Shown in pieces: positions 22,576 through 38,559 of a stretch of 38,662 nucleotides of DNA. The stretch's first letter is position 1; each line of letters begins with the position of its first letter. The stretch covers positions 1 through 38,662 of the forward strand of contig NW_021835772.1 in NCBI RefSeq assembly GCF_006345805.1. The letters are read 5' to 3'. This DNA comes from Octopus sinensis. Lineage: Eukaryota. The translations under genes and the position numbers were made by a program. The notes under the pieces were generated by a model, which was given only the letters and a program-made list of their open reading frames with translations, made no database searches and had not been told where the DNA came from.

Positions 22576-23544
22576 CACCATTCTTTTGTAACTTTTACGA
22601 AGATGAGTCTTAACTCTAAAAATATGAAATATCAGGTACTAGTACCACCGTCGACCAATATTATCATTCTAATAAATTACACTGTTTCGCTTTAAAAATA
22701 TTTAAAATATTTATGTTTATATGATAACGTTTAAAAAAAAAAATTTAGCTTCAGTTCGGCTTTGATCAAGGAGATCTGTCGTTAAAAGTCATTCCAACCA
22801 TGACAATCCGGTCCTATTTCTTCCTTAGATAGAATGGATGTCGAACTATATCGACCAGCGATAGTAAGTGTTGAATGGAAACAAACGCAGTTTCTTATAG
22901 AAAAACATGATATTCCATCAACTCCCGCTTGTTCTACCATCAGAATCACGTATTTCTTTACCCAAACAATGCCGTGTTTTTAGCTCGAAAAGAGGAAACA
23001 GTTGCTATGCAACCCCAGCTTGTGTCTACAGGTGTATTTTGGGAAATGGGGATTAGAGATGGGGCGTCAGAATACTGTGGTCTAAAATGGAAGTTTTAGG
23101 AAACATGTCTGATACGAATGAGACTCAAATTGGCCGTCAGAAAAAGGGCTGGTAAATGTACCCAGCGGCTTTGGGCAGCAGTTATACAGTTTGATGGGGC
23201 AGAAATTCATTTTAATAATGGTAGAAGAGATACAATGGAGGGACAGCAAGTTGATGGACCGATAATTATATGTGCCATTAATTAAAGTAGATTGACGGGG
23301 AAAGGATTTTTAGCTTAATTTCGAGTGTAAATCCAGCGCAGAAAGTGGCCAGCTTAAAGATACAGTTTCCAACCTCATTTTCTAATTAAAAAAGCAGTTT
23401 TATACAATCAAGTTTATGATGGGAAAAGTACGTATGTTAAAAATATGTCTTTATCTTTTCACCTTGTATTGGTATTGTTTTTATATGTATATTTCCGGCC
23501 TCTGAGCTGTGATTGATTTCTTACTTAAAAAATACCAGTAATTA

Positions 23545-23735
23545 GTTTTTCTCGCCGGGCGAGATGCTTAGCAACATTTCATCTGCCTTGACGTTCTGAG
23601 TTCAAATTCCGTCGAGGTCGACTTTGCCTTTCATCTTTTCGGGGTCAATGAAATAAGTACCAGTTGAATGTTGGGGTCGATGTAATCGACTAGCCGTTTC
23701 CCCTCAAATTTGAGGCCTTAAGCCTCCAGTAGATA
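23545..23735 (+). mobile_element. SINE family 2
   Basis: cgccgggcgagatgcttagc...gagttcaaattccgtcgaggtcgactttgcctttcatc...aagtaccag...; (ATT)n tail. Confidence 0.85.
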
Positions 23736-27950
<4,215 letters not shown>

Positions 27951-27954
27951 ATTA

Positions 27955-27993
<39 letters not shown>
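27951..27993. repeat. (ATT)n flanking the 5' end of the Dong element
   Basis: Direct reading. Confidence 0.95.
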
Positions 27994-28205
27994 TAGGAGG
28001 CGGCGAGCAGGCAGAATTGTTAGCACTCCGGACAAAATGCTTAGCAACAATTTGCTCGTCTTTACGTTCTGAGTTCAAATTCCTCCGAGATTAATTTTAT
28101 CCTTTCGGAGGTCGATGAAATAATTAATTACCAATTAAGTACCAATTAAGCAATAAACAATCCCCCCTTACCCCAAACTGCAGGTCTTGTGCCTATAGTA
28201 GACTG
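27994..28205 (+). mobile_element. SINE family 2 (diverged), followed by (ACT)n to ~28345
   Basis: ggaggcggcgagcaggcagaattgttagcactccggacaaaatgcttagc...gagttcaaattcc...tcctttcggaggtcgat. Confidence 0.8.
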
Positions 28206-28216
28206 GACTACTACTA

Positions 28217-28248
<32 letters not shown>

Positions 28249-28252
28249 TTTA

Positions 28253-28320
<68 letters not shown>

Positions 28321-28384
28321 TCATCGCTGCCACCACTACCACCTCTGCTACTAGTACTACAACTATGAACTGGGTGAGTGTGAG

Positions 28385-28500
28385 AACCGGTGAAGTGCCA
28401 AGCAATATACCTTGCGATAGTTTCGTCCCTTAAGATTTTCAGCGGAAATTCTACCAAAGCCATACCTGCCTTCCATTATTTTAGGGTCGGTAAAATAATA
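28385..28500 (+). mobile_element. SINE family 2, old fragment
   Basis: ggaaattctaccaaagccatacctgccttccattattttagggtcggtaaaataa resembles the family-2 central domain. Confidence 0.5.
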
Positions 28501-29266
28501 GCAATAAAGTAAGTAATAAAATCGAATTCACCTTTGCCTTAAAATACGTGATTCTGTACCTATGAGAGAAATCATTATTTTTATTATCTTAAATCATTAA
28601 AGATGTTAATAATGAGTAAGAAGATAATTTATACATACTTGTTATTGAACGTAAATATTGTTAAATGTGAATAAGCGATAGTTGGACCTGAAATGACTTT
28701 ATTGTTTTTGAACCACGATGTAGAAGTCGTCTCCGTGCCGTTGAAAATAAACGTGCGATTTAGAATTGTTCCGCTCAACTGAAATTTCACCTGAAAACAG
28801 AAAGTTGACTCGGATCAGTAAAGAATCTAAAAGAGTAAGGGAGGTAAGAGAAAGGGGACTGGGTTGTGATATAGGAAGAGAGTAGGAGGGTGAGAAGGAG
28901 ATATAAAGAAAAGTGGAGGAAGAGTGTGAGAGAGTTTCAGAGTAAAAGAGAAAAAGATTAGAAAAGTTGTGAAAAAGGAGGAGACGGAGGGAGGGAGTGA
29001 AAGTGAGAGGATGAAATACAAAGTAGCGAATGAAGTGGAAGATTAAGATGGCGAGAAAGAGTTTGGATTTACGAGACAGAGAATCGGATTAATAAATAAT
29101 GAGTCGGGATTTCGGAGTCTTTGTAAAAAGTTTCGTTGCATCTGTGGGAAATAGAAGACCCTGACAAAATCCAGGACAAAAACAAAAGATAAAAACAACA
29201 AGAATCAATCTCCCATCAACAATGTCACATTGATATTCTGTGGAGGAATGAAGGGAGACATCAGGA

Positions 29267-29292
29267 CCGGAAGTAAAAGGGAAGTGACGTCA
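29267..29292 (+). promoter_or_regulatory. ETS site plus ETS-CRE composite motif
   Basis: CCGGAAGT 29267-74 and GGAAGTGACGTCA 29280-92 at the edge of a CpG-richer, TE-free stretch; motif match only. Confidence 0.35.
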
Positions 29293-30328
29293 TGTCAAGA
29301 AGCGGGACATTTGAACAGCATTTTTCATGGAAGTGTGGAACGGATGTCAGAGGGATAGTAGTTTCTGGCCAGAGTAGCTACTCATGTTGGTATGTCCATC
29401 ATGTTCCTTTGGCCCTGGTGGAGTGTCACTTTATACCCTATTCTGAAGTTCATCTCGAGGGAAAAGCATTCTTATTTTTGCCACCCCATCTACATATTCA
29501 CAAATTTCGACCTAAATTTCATCATTTCACCTCTTCCTTTCAAAATGCAAGACAGTCGCCCGCTGACACTCGCTGACGATACATCGAAGAGGCCAGGGAA
29601 CAGAAGAAAGAAGAAGAAAGAAGACATGAACCCAACACCAGAGCTGAAGGCACCCCCGAAAGAGGAGGGACCCGCCACGTCAAAACGGTAGAGGAGTAGG
29701 GGCCAAAACCGGACGTGGTTCCGCCTGATGATGTCTTGAGCTAACTGGATACTATAAAGGAGCTGTTGTGGTAGCAGACCACGAAACACGGTTGAATTCC
29801 CTCAGATACTGACTGCAGGGAAGGACTTGCTGACAATCCAGAAAGAGGGATGACAAAGCGGAGAGACGCTTGACAGTACGACAGCGTAACGAAGGATCAA
29901 ATGGGCTTGCAGCCCGACCAGGGGTAAATTGAAACAAAAAAGCATGGGGAAATCATGCCCACATGATCCCGGACCACGAGGGGAGAATAAAGGATCAAAT
30001 AGGAACGGAAAGAAAAACGAAATGGACTTGAACCGGAAATGGACAATGAGAAAGGAAACGGTAAAGGAATAGTAGATGAGGAGTTCAGCTGCTGCGGAAA
30101 GGTGTTTGCTAGGCACATATAAATAATGTATTACAAATGTTTACAGAAACCAACGTTCTCACTCCATGTGTAAATACGGCCATCGAAACACGTTCCGTAT
30201 CAAAACTAAACCAACCCTTGAAGCAATCACAAAAAAAGGGCCAGACAATTAAGTTAAAATCCTTTCATTCACTCCAAGTTCTTATTCGAGGAATATTGCT
30301 TTGAATTTGTTGTAGAAAAATCGCTGAA

Positions 30329-30583
30329 ACTCACGTGTGTAAATGTCACGAAAAACAGAAACATACAAACCGATACCCGGCGAAAATGATGAAAATCTAA
30401 TAAAAGGCCGGACCTTAGTCCCCAAGAAAAAAAGGAGAAATAAATACGAGAGGAATAGGTTTCTATGCGTCGTGTATATTTATAGCAACACTCTTGCCGC
30501 CAAATGAAAACGCTGCACAATATTCCATTGGAATTAGAAGGAAAATTAGTCTGGATCTAGTTCTATCGTGAAACCCGCCAAAA
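30329..30583 (-). promoter_or_regulatory. Candidate minus-strand core promoter and first exon
   Basis: TTTTGGCGGG (30574-83), CCAAT (30527-31), TTTGGCGGC (30496-504), TATAAATA (30477-84), donor CAC|GTGAGT at 30334; motif inference only. Confidence 0.3.
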
Positions 30584-31554
30584 AAACTTGCTAACAAAAA
30601 AGATAGATTTTAAAAATGAAACAAACATCAGAAACTGAAATTAAACATTTAAGAAAAACACTAGTAATTATTGTAAAACAGCAACAAATATGTAGATTGG
30701 TTATTCAATGAGAATCATCTTGAAATTCTAAAAATTCATTACCTTTTCAATAGGCATGTCTTCCCAGTACAAATAAATAGGGCTTTTCATAAATGAGTTT
30801 GGGGTCATCTCAAATACTTTCTGCCAGCTTGTACCTGGATCAGCAATAAAAAATGTAAGTATACAAACAAGATGTTAACCCTAAAACGGCGTGAAAGTGT
30901 TACATGAATGTCTGTGACAAACGGACAATAATCGAAAAAATCTCTTTTTCATAAGGCTATTTTTTATATTTATCTTCATTAAATTAAGCACAAAAACTAA
31001 AATAATTGTTGGTCTTAAACAAATGGAGCAGAATCGATGCACTTTTTCCATCCAAGAGCTAGTTAAAGCATTATTTTTTTCTGTATTATCAAAAACTTCA
31101 TTTTCAACATCACCTGCTTCATTTGATGATGAAAGAAAATAAGAAAAGCACTTCTTCATCGCTGTTTAAATCATCTATTTACGACTGGATTTCTCCCATT
31201 GATAAGAGCCGCTTACGCTTAGGCGCATTTAATTTAGCAGACGCTCGAGCCTCAACTGATGACGGTAATATCTGTGTAATCTTTTTGTGACACCAATAGG
31301 ATTTTAAAGAAAAAGGAGGTGCATTCCAGAAGTTTCCAGGATTTTTCAGGAAAGACATTTATTTATTTCAAAGAAAGCTGAGTGAACCGGTCCGATTCCT
31401 CGTTCCACATCTCGCTCAGGATTGTGTTTGGTGGAAAGCACACTTCTAAGGCATGCAAAGTGATTAACTCGTTCCAGTGGTGTGCCCGAAATTATGATGC
31501 TAAAGTCCAGAAGGGCAGAATTCGAGATTGATTAGGCGAAGAATTTACAGTGAG

Positions 31555-32170
31555 AATTTACAGTGAGCTCAAAACGTTGATACGCAATGGTGAAATAACT
31601 GACAGATTGTTGCAGTTCTAAGCTTGAGTGACCGAATGACCACGTTGCCATCGACGAAGTGAAGTTCTGAGATTCGCTTGGAACTGGTAAGATTCTTTGA
31701 CCGAAACCTCACCAAGCTGAAGAGTCTTTCATCAAAACGATATCTGATGTCCTTTCCCAGCTGATCCGAGGCAAGTTCATAGATCATTGCAGCAAGGTAT
31801 AAGGAGTAAAGCATAGTAGCGGGTACGCAAACTTGTTTCAATCCAGATGTAATTGGGAATTCTTCTGAGAGTCCATCACGAGGAAGGAAACGCCCAGTCA
31901 TGCCATCGTATGATCAGAGAGAAGAAGAAATTGATCAAGGGCCGTCCATATGGCTGGTCTTGGTACTCTATCAAAAACATTTTGCAGATCATAAAGGATA
32001 AGGAAAATGCGGTTTTGTTGTTTCTCGATACTTGCTTTGGAATTGTCTGGCGCAGATCGTGTCTATGGTTCCAAGTAATGCTCGGAAAACACACTGGGAT
32101 TCTGGAAGGATTTTTCTGCGACGACGTGGAGGTCGTTCAAGGGTATGGAGCAAAGATCTTCCTAAAATAA
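31555..32170 (-). mobile_element. Old RTE LINE fragment (RT)
   Basis: DLQNVFDRVPRPAIW; SEEFPITSGLKQVCVPATMLYSLY...IRYRFDERLFSLVRFRSK. Confidence 0.8.
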
Positions 32171-32249
32171 TAAGTAGCGAGATTACACGATGGTTTCCAT
32201 AAGCTTTTCTATCTCCTTTCTTGAATATACTGATTATGAGAGCACTAAG

Positions 32250-32740
32250 TGCGTGAGGTCGGCAATGTCTCGTGTATGAGTCTACGTGTGAGTATAGCTT
32301 CCTTAATTCTTAATTACCCACATTTCTTTCACTGGCCTCAATTGTGACTGTTATGCTTTGTCGGTGTTCCGGCATCTTTTCAGAAGGAGGAGGCTATCGT
32401 GTTAAGATGCTCTTTGATGCGGACGTGTAACGGTTTTGTTGTGCTACCCACATAGAAATTGTTGCATTTGTTACATTGTATTCTATACACAACATTTACC
32501 TGTTGGCATAAATCTATGTCACGGATGGGACAGTTTGTTAGCTTGCATTGATTGTTGTCCCTTGTTCGTTTCTTTGCGAGCATACATACATAAAACATAC
32601 AATCTGCGCATAGATAAATACATAACATACATACATTCAAACTTACAAACAAAAATACCTGTTGTTGATGTTGCAATTCCAGTGAAAGAGCCTGGATTTA
32701 GGTTAGAAACCGGTTCATTCTCTATTGGCAGGAAATCCTG
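32250..32740 (-). mobile_element. PLE 3' fragment (GIY-YIG)
   Basis: NVVYRIQCNKCNNFYVGSTTKPLHVRIKEH; RIKEAIL in a shifted frame. Confidence 0.8.
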
Positions 32741-32781
32741 AAATAAACTGAATAATGATATACTTACATACATACATATAT

Positions 32782-33185
32782 AGCCGCAGGAGTGGCTGTG
32801 TGGTACGTAGCTTGCTTACCAGCCACATGGTTCCAGGTTCAGTCCCTCTGCGTGGCACCTTGAGCAAGCGTTTTCTACTATAACATCGGGCCGACCAAAG
32901 CCTTGTTAGTGTATTTGGTGGATGGAAACTGAAAGAAGCCCGTCGTATATATATATGTGTGTGTGAGTGTGTGTGTGTGTGTGTGTTTGTGTTTGTGCCA
33001 CTAACATCACACGATAATCGATGCTGGTGTATTCACGTCCCCGTAACTTAGGAGTTCGGCAAAAGAGACCGATAGAATAAGTACTAGGCTTACAAAGAAT
33101 AAGTCCTGGGGTCGATTTGCTCGACTAAAGGCGGGACTCCAGCATGGCCGCAGTCAAATGACTGGAACAAATAATAGAGTGATAG
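32782..33185 (+). mobile_element. SINE family 1, full length
   Basis: Colinear with 3793-4204. Confidence 0.9.
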
Positions 33186-33561
33186 AATACATATATAAAT
33201 GTGTGTGTGTGTCTGTGTGTTTGTGTGTGTTTGTGTGTGTGTGCGTGTGTGTGTGTGTGTGTGGTGTGTGTGGTGTGGGTGTGTGTGTGTGTGCGCGCGT
33301 TTGTAAAACAATTGGGATAATGATGAAAATATAGTACAGAAAAAATATGCCATAAAATTGTGATTTACATACTGTTTCCGGAAAGTAAAATATACGATGA
33401 ACATGTGCAATCCTGATCTTAATTTCTTCGTTGTAAAGCGATCGATGCATATAACACGGGCCATTTACAATAGCTAAAATATTCACACTCATCGCGTGAA
33501 ATACACAGACTTGCACATTCTAAACGAGATGACGCGGTTTTTGTAGTTTTATTCTGATCAA

Positions 33562-33702
33562 TTAAGCATTTTGATGCTGTGGTTTTTCGAAGAGACCATC
33601 TCTATACGTTGGTTCTCCGGCAGTTACAAGAGTCACGAAAAGCAAAAGTGTCAAAGCTGGCAGCAGAAGAAGAATCGAATGGTACTGAATTGTTGTCTCC
33701 AT
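33562..33702 (-). CDS. Candidate small exon: signal-peptide-like or TM-containing 46-aa frame
   Basis: tttttcag|GA ATG; [46 protein letters not shown]; AATAAA 8 nt after the stop. No homology recognised. Confidence 0.35.
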   Translation of the reverse strand: METTIQYHSILLLLPALTLLLFVTLVTAGEPTYRDGLFEKPQHQNA

Positions 33703-33719
33703 TCCTGAAAAATATACAA

Positions 33720-33761
33720 GTATATATAAATACATGCATACATAAATACATATATCCAAAC

Positions 33762-33842
<81 letters not shown>

Positions 33843-33987
33843 CACATATATATATATATATACATCTATATACGTATATATACACGTTTATATACATATA
33901 TACATGTATATATGTATATACATATTTATACATATATATATACACACATATATGATATATATAGTATATTCATATATACATATTACA

Positions 33988-34031
<44 letters not shown>

Positions 34032-34070
34032 TAATATATATATATATATTCATTTATATACATCTGTGTG
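33720..34070. repeat. (TA)n/(TACA)n tract
   Basis: Direct reading. Confidence 0.95.
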
Positions 34071-34079
34071 TATAGACAT

Positions 34080-34725
34080 GGTGATACACGATGGCCGTCC
34101 ACTCGTGACCGAGGAAGACCATTGCTGACCTTCAGGAACATTATGCACTCTAGGACTAACTTATAGTTTGCATTTGCAGCTCCGTTGGTGGTTAATGAGT
34201 TCTGCTCTTGACATTCATTCACGACTGCAAAATATTTCAAACCAAGCTTTCCCAATTCAGTACATCAGCCATGCGTTTTCGAGCAGCACGCTTAAGTCCT
34301 TCATGCTGAATACATGCTCTCTCAAAAGTGTCGACCCCTTCCTTAACCTACTTCCATCTGTGGACATGACAGGCATTGCTCTCCTGCATATCACAAGCCT
34401 TTAATGAGGACTTGACACAATCATTAAATCACAGCCTTTTTCCGCTCACAAATTCCCCGTATAGCATCTGTTTAGGGATCCTGCTATCCTTCATTCTAAT
34501 AAGGAGTCTAGTCCAACGTAACCAGTGCTTGTGCATCGTCGCCTCAATCCTCTGGACATCAGCTTTCCTCAAGACCAGTGTGCCTGCAGTTTTTAAGGTC
34601 CAGCCAACATTCAGAATGTGTCTCAGACATCTCTGATGAAAGCGTTCAAGAACACTTGCATGACGTTTATAAAGGTTCCATGTCTCACATGAGTAAAGGA
34701 GCGATGTTAGTATACATGCACGGTA
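34080..34725 (-). mobile_element. Old RTE LINE 3' fragment
   Basis: LYKRHASVLERFHQRCLRHILNV...LRWTRLLIRMKDSRIPKQMLYGE. Confidence 0.85.
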
Positions 34726-34815
34726 TAGAGATGTGCATGTACCTACCTACATACATACATACATATAATAATAATAATAATGTTCGTTCTTCGGGTTCGA
34801 TGATGACCACTGACA

Positions 34816-37800
34816 TCATTTGGTGGAACTGCCGTCATGAGACCGGAGGTGGCTGGTGAGGCCAATCCGGGCAAGGAAGCCCCTCCCACAGGTGGGGCAG
34901 AAGTGGGTAGGGGCCGTGCTACCGGTGCAGGCGGCTCTGGCTTTCCGCATCTGGCGTTTCTGCTCTGCTGACTGAATCCGTCCCTCCTCGGCTGTCCCTG
35001 CTCCTGTGGTGATTGCGCTGCGCCAGGATGAGCGGTCGGCAGCAAGTGTCTCCCAGGTCTCTGTGCCGATGGAGAAGTCTTTGAGAGAGACCTTGAGACT
35101 GTCCTTGAAGCGCTTCTTCTGCCCTCCGACTTTACGTTTGCCCTGGCTGAGTTCCCCGTAGAAGAGCTGTTTTGGGATGCGAGTGTCGGACATGCGGGAG
35201 ACGTGGCCCGCCCATCTCAGCTGGGCCTTGCGCATGATTGTGATGGTGCTAGGGAGATCTGCCTGCTTCAGAACTTCCGTGTCTGGGACTTTGTCCTGAC
35301 AGCGGATGTGAAGGAGGTTCCGAAGACACCTGAGGTGGAAGTGGTTTATCTGGCACTCATGCCTTCGGTAAGCAGTCCACGTCTCGCAGCCGTATAGTAG
35401 GGTGGTAAGCACGACTGCCCAGTAGACTTTCAGCTTGGTGTTGAGGCTGATTCCTCTCCGCTCCCAGACTTTCTTTCGCAGTCTCCCAAACGCGCTGCTT
35501 GCCTTGGAGATTCTGTTGATGGTTTCAGCATCTATGTTGGCATTGCAGGAGAGAGTGCTGCCCAGGTAGGTGAAGTTTTCCACCGCTCGTAGGATCCGTC
35601 CGTTCACCTTTATCTGAGGCTTATGGTATTGTTTGCCGGGGGCTGGCTGAAACATCACTTCGGTTTTCTTGGCACTGATGGTGAGACCGAAGTTGTCACA
35701 GGCTGATGAGAACCTGTCCATCTCGAGCTGCATCTCCTGCTCATCGATTGCATTAAGGGCGCAATCGTCAGCAAAGAGAAAGTCTCTGACGACTGTCTCC
35801 CTCACCTTTGTGACAGCCTGCAATCTTCTGGAGTTGAAAAGTTTCCCGTCTGTCCTGTACTTGATGTCGATACCGGACTTGCAGTCCCTAAAGGCGTCGG
35901 ACAGCATTGCGGAGAACATGATGCTGAACAGTGTTGGGGCCAGGACACAGCCCTGCCTGACTCCGTTGGTCATCTGGAAGGCTTCAGATGAGTTGCCGTC
36001 TTCAAGGACTTTGGCTGTCATTCCGTCGTGGAACTGGCGGACAATTGCAATAAATTTGCTGGGGCAACCAAATTTTCCCATGACCTTCCATAGTCCCTCC
36101 CGACTGACTGTATCAAAAGCCTTGGTGAGGTCAACAAAGGTCATGCAGAGGTCAAGGTGCTGCTCCATGCATTTCTCCTGGAGCTGGCGGGCGGCGAATA
36201 TCATGTCAGTGGTCCCTCGACCCGCGCGGAAGCCACACTGGCTCTCAGGGAGAAGGCCTTGCTCCAAGTGTTCCAGAAGGCGGTCAAGCAGGACTCGGGC
36301 CAGGATCTTGCCTGCTATGGACAAGAGGGAGATTCCTCGGTGGTTGTCGCAGGACCGCCGATCTCCTTTCCGCTTATAAATGTGGACGATTGTTGCGTCC
36401 CGGAAATCTTGAGAGAGTTGTTCCCTGTCCCACATCGACTGGAACAGGCTGGTGAGCTGACTGATCATGGTGGGGCCGCCCGACTTGAACATCTCTGCAG
36501 GGATGGCGTCAGAGCCTGGAGCTTTGCCGGTGGACATTTTTTGATGACTCTGCTCACTTCCTCGACTGCAGGGGGAAAAGCCAGCTCGTGGTTTGTCGGC
36601 ACCTGGGGGAGTCGTGCGATGGCTTCCTCGTTGATCTGGGCTGGTCGGTTGAGCACGATGTTGAAATGCTCCGCCCATCTCTCCAGGATCAGCTTTTGTT
36701 AGTCAGGAGTGAGGTTCCATCCGAGCTGAGCAGGGGGGTTGATCCAAAGGAGAACTGCGGTCCATAGACAGCTTTCAGCGCCTCGTAGAATTTCTTGGTG
36801 TCGTGTTTGTCTGCGTATCCCTGAATCTCATCCGCCTTGGCGCTTAACCATGCGTCTTGCATGAGGCGGAGTTTTGCCTGGACTGTGCTGCGAATGTTGT
36901 TGAAAGCAGCCTTCTTTGCCGTGCAGGTGGTGTCATTTTGGTGAGCCCGCAGCAGACGGCGTTTCTCTTCCAGGAGCTTTTGGATTTCCTGGTCGTTTTC
37001 GTCGAACCAGTCCTGGTGGTTCCTCGTAACTTGGCCTAGAGTTTCAAGGGCGATGGAATGAACCGTGTCCCTGAATGATTCCCACTGCTCATCGATGCTG
37101 GACTGGTCATTCCGAATGTCCAACAGCTTGCTGTCCATACGTGACTGGAGATCTTGTGCAGTCAGCTGGTTCTTTAATTTCGTGATGTTAAGCTTCCTCG
37201 TCACTTTCTGACCCTGTGGTCTTCTCTTAGGTCGGATGTAGAAATCCATCCTGGAAATGATGAGGCGATGGGCCGTCCAGCAATCAGCTCCGCACATGGC
37301 TTTGACCAGTCTCACGTCCCGCCTGTCTTTCGCCCTGACGATGACGTAATCTATCAGATGCCAGTGTTTGGAGCGTGGATGCATCCATGATGTCTTGTTG
37401 CGTGTTGGCAGACGGAACAAGGTGTTGGCGATGGTAAGATCATGAGAGGCACACGCACGCAGGAGGAGCTTCCCGTTGTTGTTGCACTTTCCGATTCCTT
37501 GCTTTCCCAGTACGCGATGCCAAGCTTGGTGGCCAGTCCCGACACGGGCGTTAAAATCCCCAAGGAGGATGAGCTTCCCAGGCTGGGCTGACGTGATGAG
37601 GGAGTCGAGTTCCTCATAGAACCTGTCCTTAACTTCTTCAGGGTTGGTCATGGTGGGGGCGTAAGCACTGATGATGGTCGCACTAGTCTTGTTTCCAAGT
37701 GAGAGCTGCATCTTCATCAGCCGATCGTTGATACCCTCGGGGGGAAGGGGGGGCTTTCCAGTTTCCGCATGTGTACTGACTTGATGGCAAAACCAACACC

Positions 37801-38025
37801 AGCCTCACGACGCTCTTCGCTGCTGCGACCACTCCAAAAGAAAGTGAAGCCGCCGCCTTTCTCTGTCAGCTGGCCTTTGTCCGCAAGGCGGGTCTCGCTC
37901 AGTGCTGCAATATCGACATTGTATCGGCTCAGTTCTCTGGCCACCAGGGCAGTTCGTCTCTCTGGTCTGTCCGCTTTGGTGTTCTCAAGCAGAGTTCTCA
38001 CGTTCCAAGTTGCGAAAGTGAGCAC
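34816..38025 (-). CDS. RTE ORF2 (APE-RT-ZnF), three homopolymer frameshifts at ~37745, ~36695 and ~36540
   Basis: LTFATWNVRTL, DIAALSETR, GDFNARVG, WHLIDY, GKAPGSD, DLTKAFDTV, GVRQGCVLAPTLF, LFADDC, CPTCGRGFLARIGLTSHLRSH; no in-frame stops once the frames are joined. Confidence 0.9.
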
Positions 38026-38149
38026 CTTTGTTTGTTTTCTTCTTTCTTTGTTTCGACCGCTTGGAAAGGATCCCCGCCAGCCGCGGTTTGCTGACCAGGG
38101 TGAGGTGAGGCAGGCTATGTTTAGGGCAACCTTTTCTAGCCCTAAACAT
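37985..38149 (-). CDS. Putative short RTE ORF1/uORF (54 aa, basic) overlapping the ORF2 start
   Basis: ATG at 38149: MFRARKGCPKH...RKKKTNKGAHFRNLERENSA*. The ORF2 frame has no upstream ATG. Short overlapping ORF1s are known in the RTE clade. Confidence 0.45.
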   Translation of the reverse strand: MFRARKGCPKHSLPHLTLVSKPRLAGILSKRSKQRKKKTNKGAHFRNLERENSA

Positions 38150-38384
38150 TGCCTGCCTCACATACATATATACATACATACATACACACATACATACATA
38201 CATACATACGTACATAGACACACGCACACATTCTAAAATTATTGATCGCTCGTCGTCGCCTTTCTTAAGGGAAGCTACTCTCAAATATATATTTTCTTAT
38301 ATTGAGAGTTACCTCCCTGGACACATACCTTAAACCACTTCATTATTGTATTTACTAAATAGATTTTATTGATCATTGCTTCCT

Positions 38385-38535
38385 TCTTTCAGTCATTGAA
38401 CTACGGCCGAGCTGGAGCACCACAGTGACGTGATTAGTCCAACAGACCGACTCCAGTATTTCTCATCCTCGAGAATGCCACTTATTCCTTCCGACCTATT
38501 TGCCGAACTGCTATGTTACAGGAACTTAGACAGAG
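38385..38535 (-). mobile_element. SINE family 1 tail fragment (old)
   Basis: ttctttcagtcattgaactacggcc..gctggagcacc...tttgccgaactgcta.gtta. Confidence 0.6.
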
Positions 38536-38559
38536 CAAAAAAAAAGCACCCATTAAAAT

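Larger units (their letters stand above)
34765..38161 (-). mobile_element. Young full-length RTE (BovB-like) LINE, inserted in (TACA)n, with (ATT)n tail
   Basis: Short 5' region, APE + RT + C-terminal C2H2; 3' end ...ggtcatcatcgaacccgaagaacgaac(att)n; markedly more GC-rich than its flanks. Confidence 0.97.

Noticed and set aside
22780-23500. Unique-looking stretch, and a similar one at 6940-7260
   Set aside because: No sustained ORF, motif or structure identified; probably old repeat remnants.
29490-30118. Minus-strand ORFs, including the signal-like MSSFFFFLLFPGLFDVSSA
   Set aside because: The hydrophobicity follows from the pyrimidine-rich strand, no frame is sustained and no homology is recognised; retained only within the island finding.
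30874-31310. TTAA-CCCT start and an acidic minus-strand frame, suggesting a piggyBac relic
   Set aside because: No matching opposite terminus and no catalytic motifs.
31314-31350. gaggtgcattccagaagtttccaggatt resembling a Tc1/mariner TIR
   Set aside because: Single degenerate end with no partner or transposase.
35669-36702. Long plus-strand ORFs (236 and 181 aa), and similar ones at 1234-2028 and 37769-38236
   Set aside because: Antisense shadows of the RT-coding strand.
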